64,000 bases of DNA, from the NCBI GenBank assembly GCA_029838195.1, contig JALGVJ010000005.1:32001-96000 (forward strand), given 5' to 3'. This DNA is from Promethearchaeota archaeon. Its GTDB lineage: Archaea; Asgardarchaeota; Lokiarchaeia; Sigyniarchaeales; SOKP01. Shown one piece after another: positions 40,937 to 51,645 of this stretch (its first letter is position 1; every line of letters begins with the position of its first letter). The notes under the pieces were generated by a model, which worked only from the letters and a program-made list of their open reading frames with translations, made no database searches and was not told the DNA's origin. The position numbers and the translations under genes are program-made.

Positions 40937-41608
40937 ATGCACATACCAGATGGACTTTTAGATCCCTTCACAATTGTTATTTTGTGGGCCACGAGCATTA
41001 TAATGATGGTTTTTGGATTTAAAAAAATCAAGAAAATTTTTGAAAGCGAAGATTCAGAGAAAATGATACCTTACATTGGCGTATTAGCTGCGGTAATTTT
41101 CGCCTTTCAATTTGTAAATTATCCCGTACCAGGAGGAACTTCCGGGCATCTCGTCGGAGGCACATTAGTTGCCGTTATACTGGGGCCATGGGCAGCAATT
41201 CTCGTTCTGTTCTTAGTATTGGTCGTTCAAAGCTTATTTGGTGATGGGGGCATTACGGCTTTAGGAGCGAATACTTTTAACATGGGGATCATTGGGGGCA
41301 TGGTAGGTTTTTATATCGTCAAATTAGTAATGCATGGATTAAATAAGACCAATTGGAGCAAAGAATTAAGAATGGCAATTGGAACAGCCATAGGGTCTTA
41401 CATTGGAATAGTATTAGCCGCCTTGAGTTGTGGAATCGAAATTGGAATAGGAGGGATCATTCCGATGAATATTGCTATAATGGCCATGGTTTATTGGCAT
41501 TTATTAATTGGCATTGGCGAAGCGGTAATTTCTGCATTGATTATATTTTATATTTATAAAGCGAAGCCGTCTTTGATCATGACAGAGCGGCAATTGGGGG
41601 TAATTTAA
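40937..41608 (+). CDS. cbiM: ECF Co/Ni S component
   Basis: N-terminal MHIPDG, GGTSGHLVGG and GDGGITALGAN. Confidence 0.93.
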   Translation: MHIPDGLLDPFTIVILWATSIIMMVFGFKKIKKIFESEDSEKMIPYIGVLAAVIFAFQFVNYPVPGGTSGHLVGGTLVAVILGPWAAILVLFLVLVVQSLFGDGGITALGANTFNMGIIGGMVGFYIVKLVMHGLNKTNWSKELRMAIGTAIGSYIGIVLAALSCGIEIGIGGIIPMNIAIMAMVYWHLLIGIGEAVISALIIFYIYKAKPSLIMTERQLGVI

Positions 41609-41610
41609 GG

Positions 41611-41931
41611 ATGCAACCGTTAATTCGATATAAAGGGGTTATTTTAACCATAGCTATAACCCTCATGGTGCTTCTATTGATGATTGCAATCGGTTTTTCT
41701 ATTGGGATTTTATCTGACAATCCCGATGGCTTGGAAAGAGTATTGATTGATGCTAAAGGGGAACATTGGTTAGAAAATTTACCCTCACCTTGGGAGCCCA
41801 TCTTAGGAGGAATCGAAAATGAGTACATTGCAGGCGTCTTGGGAGTGATTTTAACCTTGGTAATCATCATAGGGATATTCTATCTTATTATCATCTTGAA
41901 AAAGAAGAAAGAAGAGAACGATAATGAATAA
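41611..41931 (+). CDS. PDGLE-domain (NikN/CbiN-like) membrane protein
   Basis: PDGLE motif between two TM segments. Confidence 0.88.
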   Translation: MQPLIRYKGVILTIAITLMVLLLMIAIGFSIGILSDNPDGLERVLIDAKGEHWLENLPSPWEPILGGIENEYIAGVLGVILTLVIIIGIFYLIIILKKKKEENDNE

Positions 41932-42100
41932 GATCTTAAAGAATTCTCGATTATACAGACGCTCGACCATTTTTTAAAGGTGGTACTTCATAATTACCTC
42001 TTAAGAACTGATAATAATTCTTATTTTCCAATTTTTTTTAATAAATTAATGTTTAATCGCGTCTAAATGAAATAAAATGAGAGAAAAATAAAAACAAAAC

Positions 42101-42676
42101 TTACTCTTTTTCTAGCGTTCTCCCGTTCTTGTAGCTTATATCAAGGAATTGTTTTTTAGCTTGAGAAGGTAATAACGCATTTTTTATGGATTCTATTAAA
42201 TCTTCTTGAAAATCGTTAAAATTCTCGCCCGTTAGAGCGGAAATTTCGAAGTATCGCATGTTATTTTGTTGCGCTATTTTTAGAGCATCTTCTCTTGAAA
42301 CCACCCGAGGATTACTATCAATTTTATTTGCTATAAGGTAGGTTTGTATAAGATTTTCGTTTTTGATAAGAGGGAGCCAAGATGAAATATTTAAAAAAGA
42401 AGGAAACCGAACCACGGAAAAAGTTAGAATGAGGACGTGCGCACTTTCAAAAAATTTTTCTTGAAAATCTCTAAATTGAGTTTGTCCTCCTAGGTCCCAT
42501 ATCTGGGCATGAATTAGATTTTCCTCCGAGATCTTAAGATGGTGGAAATCGATTCCAACCGTCATTTCTCTATTCTTGCTTAAATCCAATGTCCCTGTTA
42601 ATTTTTGAGCTATAGTTGTCTTTCCGACACCGCCATCTCCGCAGAGAACAATCTTTAACCAAGTTTTTGTTGACAT
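42101..42676 (-). CDS. Rab-like small GTPase (Ras superfamily)
   Basis: GDGGVGKT, TVGIDF, WDLGGQ, NKID and SAL motifs; no C-terminal prenylation Cys. Confidence 0.92.
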   Translation of the reverse strand: MSTKTWLKIVLCGDGGVGKTTIAQKLTGTLDLSKNREMTVGIDFHHLKISEENLIHAQIWDLGGQTQFRDFQEKFFESAHVLILTFSVVRFPSFLNISSWLPLIKNENLIQTYLIANKIDSNPRVVSREDALKIAQQNNMRYFEISALTGENFNDFQEDLIESIKNALLPSQAKKQFLDISYKNGRTLEKE

Positions 42677-43026
42677 TTTAAGAACTTAATCAATTATGAG
42701 AGATGTATTTTAAAATAAAAGGATAAAATCCTTAATCATTTAAAATATCCCTTAATCTATTTAATTTATTAATAGCGTATGGCGAAATGAATAAAATTCA
42801 TTTATTAATTTTAATTGAAAAGAAGACCTATATAAAGTTTTCTTATTTTAAGAAGGTCATAAAATTAGCGCATATTAAAGGCTCCAATAATGCGCAAAGA
42901 TAAAAAGAATTATCTGTCAATAAGAGATTTCAATCGGATATAAAATTAATAAAAAAAATTAATCTTAATAGGAGTGTTAATTTAAGCTAGAATGATTTCA
43001 TTTCTTAAAGAAAATCAATACCTACC

Positions 43027-43536
43027 ATGTCAGAAGAAAAATTAAAAATAGAGCGCATTAAGAAGGGAACAGTAATAGATCACGTGGAAAGCGGTTATGC
43101 TCTAACGATATTGAATTTAACGGGCTTAGATGAATCGCCGAATTTAATGACAATTGGAGTAAATGTAAATTCAAAAAAATTTGGAAAAAAAGACATAATT
43201 AAAATCGAGAACGTGTTTTTAACTGAAGTACAAATGCAACAAATATCCATCTTATCCCCTAATGCAACCATTTCTTTAATCGAAGATTATAAAGTGATAG
43301 AAAAAAAAAGAGTGAAACTTCCAAAAATAATCAAGAAACTCATCGTGTGTACCAATAGAACGTGCATAACAAATTCACGGGAAGAGCCAATAGATTATGA
43401 ATTTAACGTGTTGCAAGAAAAACCATTGAGGATTCAATGTGTTTATTGCGATAGAATATACCGATTGGATGAGATCATTTTTGCCACCAAGAGGAAAAAA
43501 GAGAATAAATTTCTAAAGCAAATAATTGAATTATAA
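43027..43536 (+). CDS. pyrI: Aspartate carbamoyltransferase regulatory subunit
   Basis: GTVIDH, KDIIKIE and CTNRTCIT...CVYC motifs. Confidence 0.93.
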   Translation: MSEEKLKIERIKKGTVIDHVESGYALTILNLTGLDESPNLMTIGVNVNSKKFGKKDIIKIENVFLTEVQMQQISILSPNATISLIEDYKVIEKKRVKLPKIIKKLIVCTNRTCITNSREEPIDYEFNVLQEKPLRIQCVYCDRIYRLDEIIFATKRKKENKFLKQIIEL

Positions 43537-43657
43537 TTAGAATCGATATATTGTCCCCTCATTTGACTTTTTTATTCCTTAATTTTCCGTTTCATTTTTC
43601 AAATTACCTTGAAAAAGGAAAATGGATAACAATAATCAAATTAAAATATAGATGCTT

Positions 43658-44089
43658 TTAGTAAAACATTAATAACGTATGAATCAGAGTTCCCACAATC
43701 ATGAATAAAAAAAAGTAAATTCCTACTCCGGGTAAAATAATATTTTTCCAATTCCACGTTTCTTTATCATATTTATATCTAAAAAAGACGAAACTCACGA
43801 AGAAAGGAAATAAAAACCAAAATGCAAGCATCCAGATAAAAAGGGACCATCCCACAAATCCGAGGATGTATCGCCCGACAAATGCACTCAATATGCCAGT
43901 TGCGGCCCTAATCCAATACATGCGCGTTTCTTTTCTTAAACGGATTTCGAGCTCATCTTCTTTTTCTTTAATTTCTTTTTTTTCTTCAATTTTTTTAACT
44001 TCTTTTGGAGGCAATTGTTTTTGTTTTTCCTTGATTAGTTGTTTTCTTCGTTTTCTGAGGTCAACTTTTTTCTTTCTCCTTTTAAACAT
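43658..44089 (-). CDS. Membrane protein with a basic N-terminus (EMC6-like architecture possible)
   Basis: Three C-terminal TM segments after MYWIRAATG. Confidence 0.6.
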   Translation of the reverse strand: MFKRRKKKVDLRKRRKQLIKEKQKQLPPKEVKKIEEKKEIKEKEDELEIRLRKETRMYWIRAATGILSAFVGRYILGFVGWSLFIWMLAFWFLFPFFVSFVFFRYKYDKETWNWKNIILPGVGIYFFLFMIVGTLIHTLLMFY

Positions 44090-44218
44090 ATTTATATATT
44101 ATTATTAAAATAAAATAATCTTTCTATTTTTATTCAAAAAGAAGACGTGTTCAAGATTCTCTAAGTTTTAAAGATTAAAATCATTATAATTTCACGTAAA
44201 ATTGGCTGGGATGATGGG

Positions 44219-46264
44219 ATGATCTCGTTTTCAAATATTGACGTTCTTGCGATTTGTAAAGAATTGGATGAAGTGCTTCAAGAGGGTACGATTTCAAACA
44301 TTTATGAAGTGGATGGTCTATTAATATTAAAGATACAGACAAAGGAGAGGGAAAAGAAGAATTTAATCATTGAAAGAGACATGAGGATAAATTTAACGGA
44401 CTATGATTATCCTCTCCCAAGATATCCTTCTCAATTCATTTTATCTTTAAGGAGATTTTTGAGAAGGAGGCGCATTTTGCGGGTGTATCAGCACGATTTT
44501 GATAGGATTATAATTTTTGAACTTTTTAATGCGGATTCAGCCCCTTGGAAATTTGTTATTGAACTATTCAATAAGGGTAATTATCTTTTAATTGATGAGG
44601 GAAATAGAATCATTATTGCTAAGAAATATTTAAAATTTAAGGAAAGGGATTTATTACCAAAAAAAGAGTATAAATTTCCTTCACCTAGAGGCAAGAATTT
44701 CTTAGAAATTCAAAAAACAGAATTTAAGCAGCTTTTAATGGATTCAAATGACGAGTTAGTGAGAACAATGGCCCGTAGCATCAATATTTCGGGGATACAT
44801 GCGGAGGAAATTTGTTTTAGAGCAGGCATAGATAAATCAATCAAAAGTAATGAATTATCAGAAGAACAAATTGCCAATTTATATAAATCCCTTAAGAAAT
44901 TACGAAATGAAATTTTATTCGGGCCGATTCAGGGTCAAGTAATCTTAAATGAGGATGAAAATTACGGGAGATTTTCACCAATTAAGTTGGAAATTTTTAG
45001 GACGAGAAAAAAAATAGATTTTGAAAGTTTTAATAAAGCTGTTGATGAATTTTATTCTAAAATTGATTCCTTACGGTTAAAGCCACCCATAGGAGGGGAG
45101 CTGAAGGGAAAAATTGAAGCTCAAGAAAAGATTTTGGCACGGCAATTAGAATATATTGAAGAATTGAAGGAAAAGGAAAAAAAATATTACGAGATTGGAG
45201 ATCACTTGTATAATAACTTCAATTCCCTTCAACGCCTATTAGATGTGATAAAAGATGCTCTAAAGAAAGGATATAGCTTTAATGACATTGATATGAAATT
45301 AAAAAAGGCACGAGAAGAGGGGATTGAAGGTACAGACTTTTATAAGAAAATTCTTCCCGCCTTTAAAAAAGTAATCGTGGAAATTGAGGATAAGGAAATA
45401 GAATTAGACCTCTATAAAAGCATCGGGGAAAATGCTAATTTTTATTATGACAAGGGAAAAAAAGCTAAAAAAAAGATACAAGGAACGATCACAGCTCTTT
45501 CAGAAACGAAAAAAAAATTAAAGCAATTACAAGAAGAGAAAGAAAAGAAGGAAGAATCTTACGCTTATTTGATTAAAAAACCGAAAAAGAAATGGTATGA
45601 AAAATTTAGATGGTTTATCTCTTCTGATGATTTTTTAGTGATTGGAGGAAGAGATGCGAGTTCTAATGAGGTAATCTTTAATAGATATTTAGAACCCCAC
45701 GAACTCGTGTTTCATACCGATTTTCCCGGCTCTCCCCTGGCAATAATTAAAAATCCTGAGAAAAAAGCCATTCCCGAAAAAACAATTCAAGAAACTGCTG
45801 AATTTGTAGCGAGTTATTCAAAAGCATGGAAAGAAATATGGGGATATGCTGATGTGTTTTATGTCAATGCTGATCAAGTATCTAAAAGTCCTCCTGCAGG
45901 AGAATATCTCCCCAAAGGATCTTTCATGATTTTGGGCAAAAAAAAATTTTTGAAAAACATTTCAACTAAATTAGCAATTGCCGTTTGGTTGATAGAACTG
46001 GAAATTAATTCGTTTGAAGAAAAAGTTTTTTATCCTAAAGTAGTTTCAGGTCCGATAAGTGCGATCACAAGTCGATATGATAATCACGTATTGTTAAAAC
46101 CATCCAGATCCGGACTTTCTAAAGGCAAGTTAGCAGATAAAATAAAAAACTTGCTATTGCATCAATCGGACAGTTCTATGAAAAAATGGGTAAAGTTATT
46201 GTCGATTGATGAAATCATATTATATCTACCACCAGGATTTTCAGAAATTGAACAAAAAGATTAA
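44219..46264 (+). CDS. rqcH: Ribosome rescue protein RqcH/NEMF (NFACT)
   Basis: DFDRII, IELF, WYEKFRWF.SS, GGRDA and GEYLPKGSFMI motifs. Confidence 0.9.
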   Translation: MISFSNIDVLAICKELDEVLQEGTISNIYEVDGLLILKIQTKEREKKNLIIERDMRINLTDYDYPLPRYPSQFILSLRRFLRRRRILRVYQHDFDRIIIFELFNADSAPWKFVIELFNKGNYLLIDEGNRIIIAKKYLKFKERDLLPKKEYKFPSPRGKNFLEIQKTEFKQLLMDSNDELVRTMARSINISGIHAEEICFRAGIDKSIKSNELSEEQIANLYKSLKKLRNEILFGPIQGQVILNEDENYGRFSPIKLEIFRTRKKIDFESFNKAVDEFYSKIDSLRLKPPIGGELKGKIEAQEKILARQLEYIEELKEKEKKYYEIGDHLYNNFNSLQRLLDVIKDALKKGYSFNDIDMKLKKAREEGIEGTDFYKKILPAFKKVIVEIEDKEIELDLYKSIGENANFYYDKGKKAKKKIQGTITALSETKKKLKQLQEEKEKKEESYAYLIKKPKKKWYEKFRWFISSDDFLVIGGRDASSNEVIFNRYLEPHELVFHTDFPGSPLAIIKNPEKKAIPEKTIQETAEFVASYSKAWKEIWGYADVFYVNADQVSKSPPAGEYLPKGSFMILGKKKFLKNISTKLAIAVWLIELEINSFEEKVFYPKVVSGPISAITSRYDNHVLLKPSRSGLSKGKLADKIKNLLLHQSDSSMKKWVKLLSIDEIILYLPPGFSEIEQKD

Positions 46265-47025
46265 ATCTTTTTCTCTTTTAACCATTTTTTAATTATCGTA
46301 ATATTTTTATAATTATCAAAAAGGATTCCGTCGATCTTCATTTCAATCAATTCTATGATTTTTTTTAAAGGATGTTGCGTGTTTAAAAAATCCCAAGAGA
46401 GGGCTAAAATCTCATTTTCATGGCAAAGATTAATGAATCTCTTAGTAATTAAATCCGATTTTAAATTTATTAAAGTTGGTCTAAAAGGCAATTTTTTTTT
46501 CTCACCTTTTTTTAGGAATTCTTGTAATGACAAATCTTTTCCATGTGTTATATTATAACAAGTTTTAATCTGATGATCATGATGGTGAATCATTTTTAAA
46601 ACGCTAAGTTTTCTTTCACTAATAACACAATTTTTTGTAAGATCTTTGGTCTTAATCATCTTTATTACGTCTTTCATGAGTTCAGCTTGTTTAAGATGAA
46701 TCATGAAATTTATTTTATTTTTGAATATTTCGAAAATTTCAGAGAGGAGAGGTATTTTTGAGCCAGTGATTTTTGTCTTGAAAGTTTTAATCTCTTCTAA
46801 ATTGAAGTCTTTAATAGCTCCTGACAAATTTGTTATTCGATTTAACTTCTCATCGTGAAAAATAATAATCTTTTTATCCTTAGTAGCTCGTACATCAAAT
46901 TCAATATAGTTTGCTCCTGAGTCTATAGCTATTTGAAAAGCTTCGATTGTATTTTCATCAAAACCGACTCTTGTTCCTCGATGTCCAATGAAAAAAAATT
47001 GATTATTATTATTTAGTAAAGTCAT
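46261..47025 (-). CDS. Glycerophosphodiester phosphodiesterase
   Basis: GHRG, ENT, EFDV and FHD motifs. Confidence 0.88.
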   Translation of the reverse strand: MTLLNNNNQFFFIGHRGTRVGFDENTIEAFQIAIDSGANYIEFDVRATKDKKIIIFHDEKLNRITNLSGAIKDFNLEEIKTFKTKITGSKIPLLSEIFEIFKNKINFMIHLKQAELMKDVIKMIKTKDLTKNCVISERKLSVLKMIHHHDHQIKTCYNITHGKDLSLQEFLKKGEKKKLPFRPTLINLKSDLITKRFINLCHENEILALSWDFLNTQHPLKKIIELIEMKIDGILFDNYKNITIIKKWLKEKKI

Positions 47026-47047
47026 TTGGAATAGAGAGCAGAGAGGA

Positions 47048-47473
47048 TTAACTTTCTTGAGTTAAATACAAATAAAGAAGGATTAAAACCACACCTATTA
47101 ATGTGGAGACAAAAACCCATAAACTTCTAAAAGTTTGAGCTAAAGCGAGTCCAGAAAGAAATAATAATTCCTTCCAATTAACGGGTTTTCCTGTTATATC
47201 TTTGAAATTTCCGAGGGTTACAAAAGAGAAGAAAAAGCAAGATAAAATCGTAGCAACTTTTAATGCGATGTCGATCACATCCCAAATTATTCCTTTCTCC
47301 ATGAAAATTGTAATTATACCTCCATTTAGAAACAAAGAAATCACTAAAAAAATACCCGTCAAGATCGCGGAAATCACCAGAGATTTAAATGCAAGAGGGT
47401 CATCAAGTATTTCCGATTTCTTATTCTCAGATTGGATTTTTTTAATTTTTTTGCCTTTTTGCATGCCAGCCAC
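47048..47473 (-). CDS. Hypothetical membrane protein
   Basis: Four hydrophobic segments. Confidence 0.65.
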   Translation of the reverse strand: MAGMQKGKKIKKIQSENKKSEILDDPLAFKSLVISAILTGIFLVISLFLNGGIITIFMEKGIIWDVIDIALKVATILSCFFFSFVTLGNFKDITGKPVNWKELLFLSGLALAQTFRSLWVFVSTLIGVVLILLYLYLTQES

Positions 47474-48272
47474 GAATAGTTTTTAATTTTTTCTTTAAAA
47501 TAATGATTTTATATATATAAAATCCATAGAGAGCACCAAGAGCACTGAAAGTCAATATGCTGAGAATGAGAAATAACCGGTCATAATCAAAACCACTAGG
47601 CGTTGAGGGAGGGTATTCTATATAGATGTTCACGATAGCTTCTTTTAAAATACTGGTAGGATAAGAGAGACCAATGCCAAAAATTATTTTGAAAGCATAT
47701 TCTTCTCCATAATCCAGAAAAACATCTTTTTCTTCTCCCGAAGTATTAACGGGGATTTGAAATTCATAAATCATGGTTTTTTCATCCAATTGGGCCGCAG
47801 CACTTCCATTTATTTTCGTATCTCTCTTGTAAACATTATTTTCTATATGAAGATCGAGAAATTCCGAATTATTTTGGACGACATTCTTAAATTGAAGGAT
47901 TTTAGCATCATAAAAATTTTGCGCTTTAGATCTTGAGATTAATATGCCCATGAACTCATAATTTTCATGGTTTTCTAGGTCTAATTGAAAGCAGAAAAAA
48001 AGTCCGGAATTATTTTGCATAACCCAAAAATCTATAGGAAGACCTTTATCACTAGGAGAACTAGAGGAATTTAAAGTAAGGGTGATTTTTAAGGCTCCAT
48101 TCCATTCATTAATGGAACGATTAATATAACCATCAATTTGAGGTAAATCTCCATAATCCGGCTCAATCGTTTCTACTTGAGCTTGAACATTAGGAATGAA
48201 AAAACATGAAAAGCTTAAAATAAATAAAATATAAAACAAACAGAAATAACGGAAAATTGGAGATTTTACCAT
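47442..48272 (-). CDS. Surface protein with a signal peptide, a DOMON/CBM9-like domain and a C-terminal TM segment
   Basis: PQIDG...EW and YEFQIP motifs. Confidence 0.6.
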   Translation of the reverse strand: MVKSPIFRYFCLFYILFILSFSCFFIPNVQAQVETIEPDYGDLPQIDGYINRSINEWNGALKITLTLNSSSSPSDKGLPIDFWVMQNNSGLFFCFQLDLENHENYEFMGILISRSKAQNFYDAKILQFKNVVQNNSEFLDLHIENNVYKRDTKINGSAAAQLDEKTMIYEFQIPVNTSGEEKDVFLDYGEEYAFKIIFGIGLSYPTSILKEAIVNIYIEYPPSTPSGFDYDRLFLILSILTFSALGALYGFYIYKIIILKKKLKTIRGWHAKRQKN

Positions 48273-48468
48273 GGTAAAAATGATAATGCTTAAATGTTCC
48301 TTTATTAATGCATAAGATAATTCAGTTTGAATTTAATATTTTTTCATCCACATGGAAAATTTTGAGCGAAATTAAATCTTTAAAAATATAAAAAACCATT
48401 ATTTTAATTCCGTATCCAAAATGTTTTCATTAAATCACGGAATTTTTTTAATCTCCCAATATTCTTGT

Positions 48469-48957
48469 TTAGACTTTGTGCAAGGACTTGAGAAAATTAG
48501 GAAGGAGAATTATGCATTCGAATTTATTAATATAAGAAATGATATAGTTTAAAAGTCTCTTGATGGAACGTTTAGCCTCAGAATTATTGAGAGTATATTC
48601 AAAAAACAGTTTAGGTCCAATAGCTACCAAAATCCCCGAAAGATTTTTCTCTCTTTTAATTAAAAGCCAAAATGATTTCATTTTCTCTAGATCTTTAATT
48701 AATAACAGGATCCAAGCGTTATTTGTCCAATCTTTATCTTCAGGGTTTATGATTTTTTCGATACCTTTATGAGAATTATATTTTTGCGAGATTTTTATAG
48801 CTTTAATGAGGGCATTAAAGTACGTTCTTCTTATTCGTAAATATCCATTAAAAATTCCGCGAGCATCCATTAACTGTAATTCTTTTTTTAATGTTTGCGA
48901 AGTATTTGGTATTTTTATCAAAACTTTCCAAGGCTTCATGGTTCCAAAATTATTCAA
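48469..48957 (-). CDS. Hypothetical protein
   Basis: Overlaps the upstream ORF in an apparent operon. Confidence 0.6.
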   Translation of the reverse strand: MNNFGTMKPWKVLIKIPNTSQTLKKELQLMDARGIFNGYLRIRRTYFNALIKAIKISQKYNSHKGIEKIINPEDKDWTNNAWILLLIKDLEKMKSFWLLIKREKNLSGILVAIGPKLFFEYTLNNSEAKRSIKRLLNYIISYINKFECIILLPNFLKSLHKV

Positions 48958-49388
48958 ATTAATGATATTTCTTCAATAATTAATTCTTGAAAAAAGGGTT
49001 TTATTTTTTCAAGGGATTGTTGTAGGATTTCCTCATCTTTGCTTGAAATTTCAATATTCAAATAACATTCATAAAGAAGTTGATTTTGAGCATCATAACA
49101 TAATCCAGATGAATGAAGGATTTCATAATTTTGAAGAATATCCAGTAAGACACGAATAGTTTCTTTTGGAATATCTTTTCCTCGCATGCTTATTTTTATA
49201 ATTTTCTCTTTATCAAGAGGATAAATCGTTATTTTTACAATTTCAGCCGTAATGGATTTGATGATAAGTAAATAAGGGGATTCTTCTAACTTTTTAAATT
49301 TGGAGAGAGAAATGAGTAAAGAATTTTTACTAAGCATGTTTGTCTTTTGAATGAAAGCTTCTGTCAGTAAACATTTTTTCATTTTCAT
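48954..49388 (-). CDS. Hypothetical protein (ACT-like C-terminus possible)
   Basis: ILHSSGLC...YECY; operonic with pop5. Confidence 0.6.
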   Translation of the reverse strand: MKMKKCLLTEAFIQKTNMLSKNSLLISLSKFKKLEESPYLLIIKSITAEIVKITIYPLDKEKIIKISMRGKDIPKETIRVLLDILQNYEILHSSGLCYDAQNQLLYECYLNIEISSKDEEILQQSLEKIKPFFQELIIEEISLI

Positions 49389-49400
49389 TATTAAAATCTT

Positions 49401-49772
49401 TTAATCTGATAAATTTTTTGAAATATCAAATTTTTTAATCATTTTCCGATATTTAACTTTTTTTTTAAGTCTTCGAATCGTACCAGACGTTTTCATGGGT
49501 GCTATGATCACTTTATTTTTATTGATTTCTCTAATTAAGGATAAGACAGAAATAACCTCATCTTTAGTATCTTGAGTACATCTTAGAATACCATGTCCTT
49601 CCATTGGATTATATTCAATTAACCAGAGTCCGATTTTATTAGCAATTTTCATACCAAAATATTTCCAAATAGATGGCCACAGCACGTTTAATAACAATTG
49701 TTTATTAATCACGGAATTATTATCCACGAGCAATTCAAAATAAATATATCGCTGTCGCTCCTCTTTAACCAT
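49401..49772 (-). CDS. rnp2: RNase P protein Pop5
   Basis: RQRYIYF, GILRC and TSGTIRRL motifs. Confidence 0.9.
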   Translation of the reverse strand: MVKEERQRYIYFELLVDNNSVINKQLLLNVLWPSIWKYFGMKIANKIGLWLIEYNPMEGHGILRCTQDTKDEVISVLSLIREINKNKVIIAPMKTSGTIRRLKKKVKYRKMIKKFDISKNLSD

Positions 49773-49783
49773 TTAAAAACGCC

Positions 49784-50509
49784 TTATTTTAATAATTTTA
49801 CTCCATTTTCAAAATAATTTTTATCATACCGGAATTTACTTCTATTTATCAACCGTTCAACATTCGTTCTCACTGCATTTTTTGCTTGAGGAATGGAGAG
49901 GTCAAATAATGAATGGCAGATACTAATAAAGGTTTTAGGATGTCTAATTTCAAGGGGATGATGAAAATTTCCGCTAACAATGTAATTAGCTTTTTCTCGA
50001 ATTGCGAGATGGATAAAACGATAAAAATTTCTAAAATACCTCGATTGAAGATACTTATTATCCTCCATTAAGGGGGACAATGAGAGTTCTATAAATGAAT
50101 TGTTTTGTTTGGTTAGGGAAAGCACGCCTTTATCGAGAGTTTTTAAAATTGCAGGATCTGAAAAAGAAAGCAAATCAACTCGGCTGTCTCTTGCTGCCCT
50201 TATTTGAATTTCCTTATTAGCTGTTTCAACAGATATGATATGGGGTTGTTTCTCATAGGTTTTAATTTTTCTTTTAAAATCTTTTAAATTGAGAGGTTTT
50301 ATATTAATTCTTAAGTAAAGAGCTGGAGTTTTTTTTGTATTGATTAGATTTAAAAGGCGAGAAATCTGTTTCATGTTATTATTAAATGATCTCTCATCAA
50401 TCTCCAGAATGACGTGGGTTACTCCGAGCCATTCACAAATTTTTAATTTATCATTAATATTTTTTTCATCCTTAAAATTAATGGGTAAACGAGCTTCAAA
50501 ATAAGGCAA
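49784..50509 (-). CDS. rnp3: RNase P protein Rpp30
   Basis: AARDSRVDLL, IELSL and VSG...EIRHP motifs; adjacent to pop5. Confidence 0.85.
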   Translation of the reverse strand: MPYFEARLPINFKDEKNINDKLKICEWLGVTHVILEIDERSFNNNMKQISRLLNLINTKKTPALYLRINIKPLNLKDFKRKIKTYEKQPHIISVETANKEIQIRAARDSRVDLLSFSDPAILKTLDKGVLSLTKQNNSFIELSLSPLMEDNKYLQSRYFRNFYRFIHLAIREKANYIVSGNFHHPLEIRHPKTFISICHSLFDLSIPQAKNAVRTNVERLINRSKFRYDKNYFENGVKLLK

Positions 50510-50734
50510 CGATAATATAACCTCTATTTCAGGGCTTCTTCTAAATCCAACTAATTAATTTTTATTTAGTTAAAAACCTCTGTAATATGAAAAATTTTTT
50601 GGAATAAAAAAGTATACCCTTACAAAAAATCTATAAGAAGATAAAATTATCATAAAATGATCCGAACGCTTGCTCAAAATTAAGATTTATTTGTTTCTCG
50701 TGCAATTTAAAGAGAAAAGAAATTGATTTCCCAT

Positions 50735-51412
50735 TCATTGGGAATTCGTTAATTTGAAAGCCCCTAATTCTTGAATGAGGAAAGTAATGATGAAGAAAAA
50801 ATGAACAATCTTTTGGGAAACGACTTGAAAATAATATACTTCGAAGCTAAAGTTCTGGGGTAATATGAAGAATGTAAAAGAATACATGATACCGAGAATA
50901 AATAAGATAAGTAAAAGAAATCCGTAGAAATTGGGGTAATTATCATTTTTAAAGATAGTAATGGCTAAAAATAAAATAGCAAGCAATCCTGAAATGTTAA
51001 AGATATTAGCGAAAATGATGTGAATATATCCAAAGATATCCCAAAATATAAAAGCTCCAACCAGTAATGCACCACAACAAATAACACCAAAAAAAATACT
51101 TATTTGAGAAAAGATATTATTATGCATGCGAGTAAAATAGAACATGAATATCATAAGGGATAAGGCCAATATAATTGACCCAATCATGTAAATAATGGAA
51201 GAGAGCACGTTTGAATTATTAGATAAAGAAACGGTTCTACTCAAATCTGAAATGTAGTTCAAAAAAAAGTCATATTTTGGAGAATTGGTGTCCAGATAAT
51301 TCCCCCCGGCATAAAAGTACATGGAAAGCATTAATAAAATTAAATATTGAACCGTGCCTATTAAAGAAATGAGAAATCCATTTCTTTTATTCATGAATTT
51401 ACTTGAGAACAT
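50735..51412 (-). CDS. DUF998-like membrane protein
   Basis: YAGG...NYISDLSR and QK motifs; multiple TM segments. Confidence 0.65.
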   Translation of the reverse strand: MFSSKFMNKRNGFLISLIGTVQYLILLMLSMYFYAGGNYLDTNSPKYDFFLNYISDLSRTVSLSNNSNVLSSIIYMIGSIILALSLMIFMFYFTRMHNNIFSQISIFFGVICCGALLVGAFIFWDIFGYIHIIFANIFNISGLLAILFLAITIFKNDNYPNFYGFLLLILFILGIMYSFTFFILPQNFSFEVYYFQVVSQKIVHFFFIITFLIQELGAFKLTNSQ

Positions 51413-51645
51413 GTTGTAATATCCGAATTAATCTTTATAAACTCCTTAAAAAAAGAATTATAGAAGTATTTCTGGAACAACGAAGATTTTTTTTTTTAAT
51501 CCAATGAAAAAAGAATTCCTTTCCTTAAAAATTGCATGTTCTTAGATACAATTCATCAATAGTATGTCAAGATTTGAACAAGATATTTAATCAAAAAATT
51601 TTATTTCGAAAAAGAATTTAAATTGTTATCCTTTAATAAAGTTAG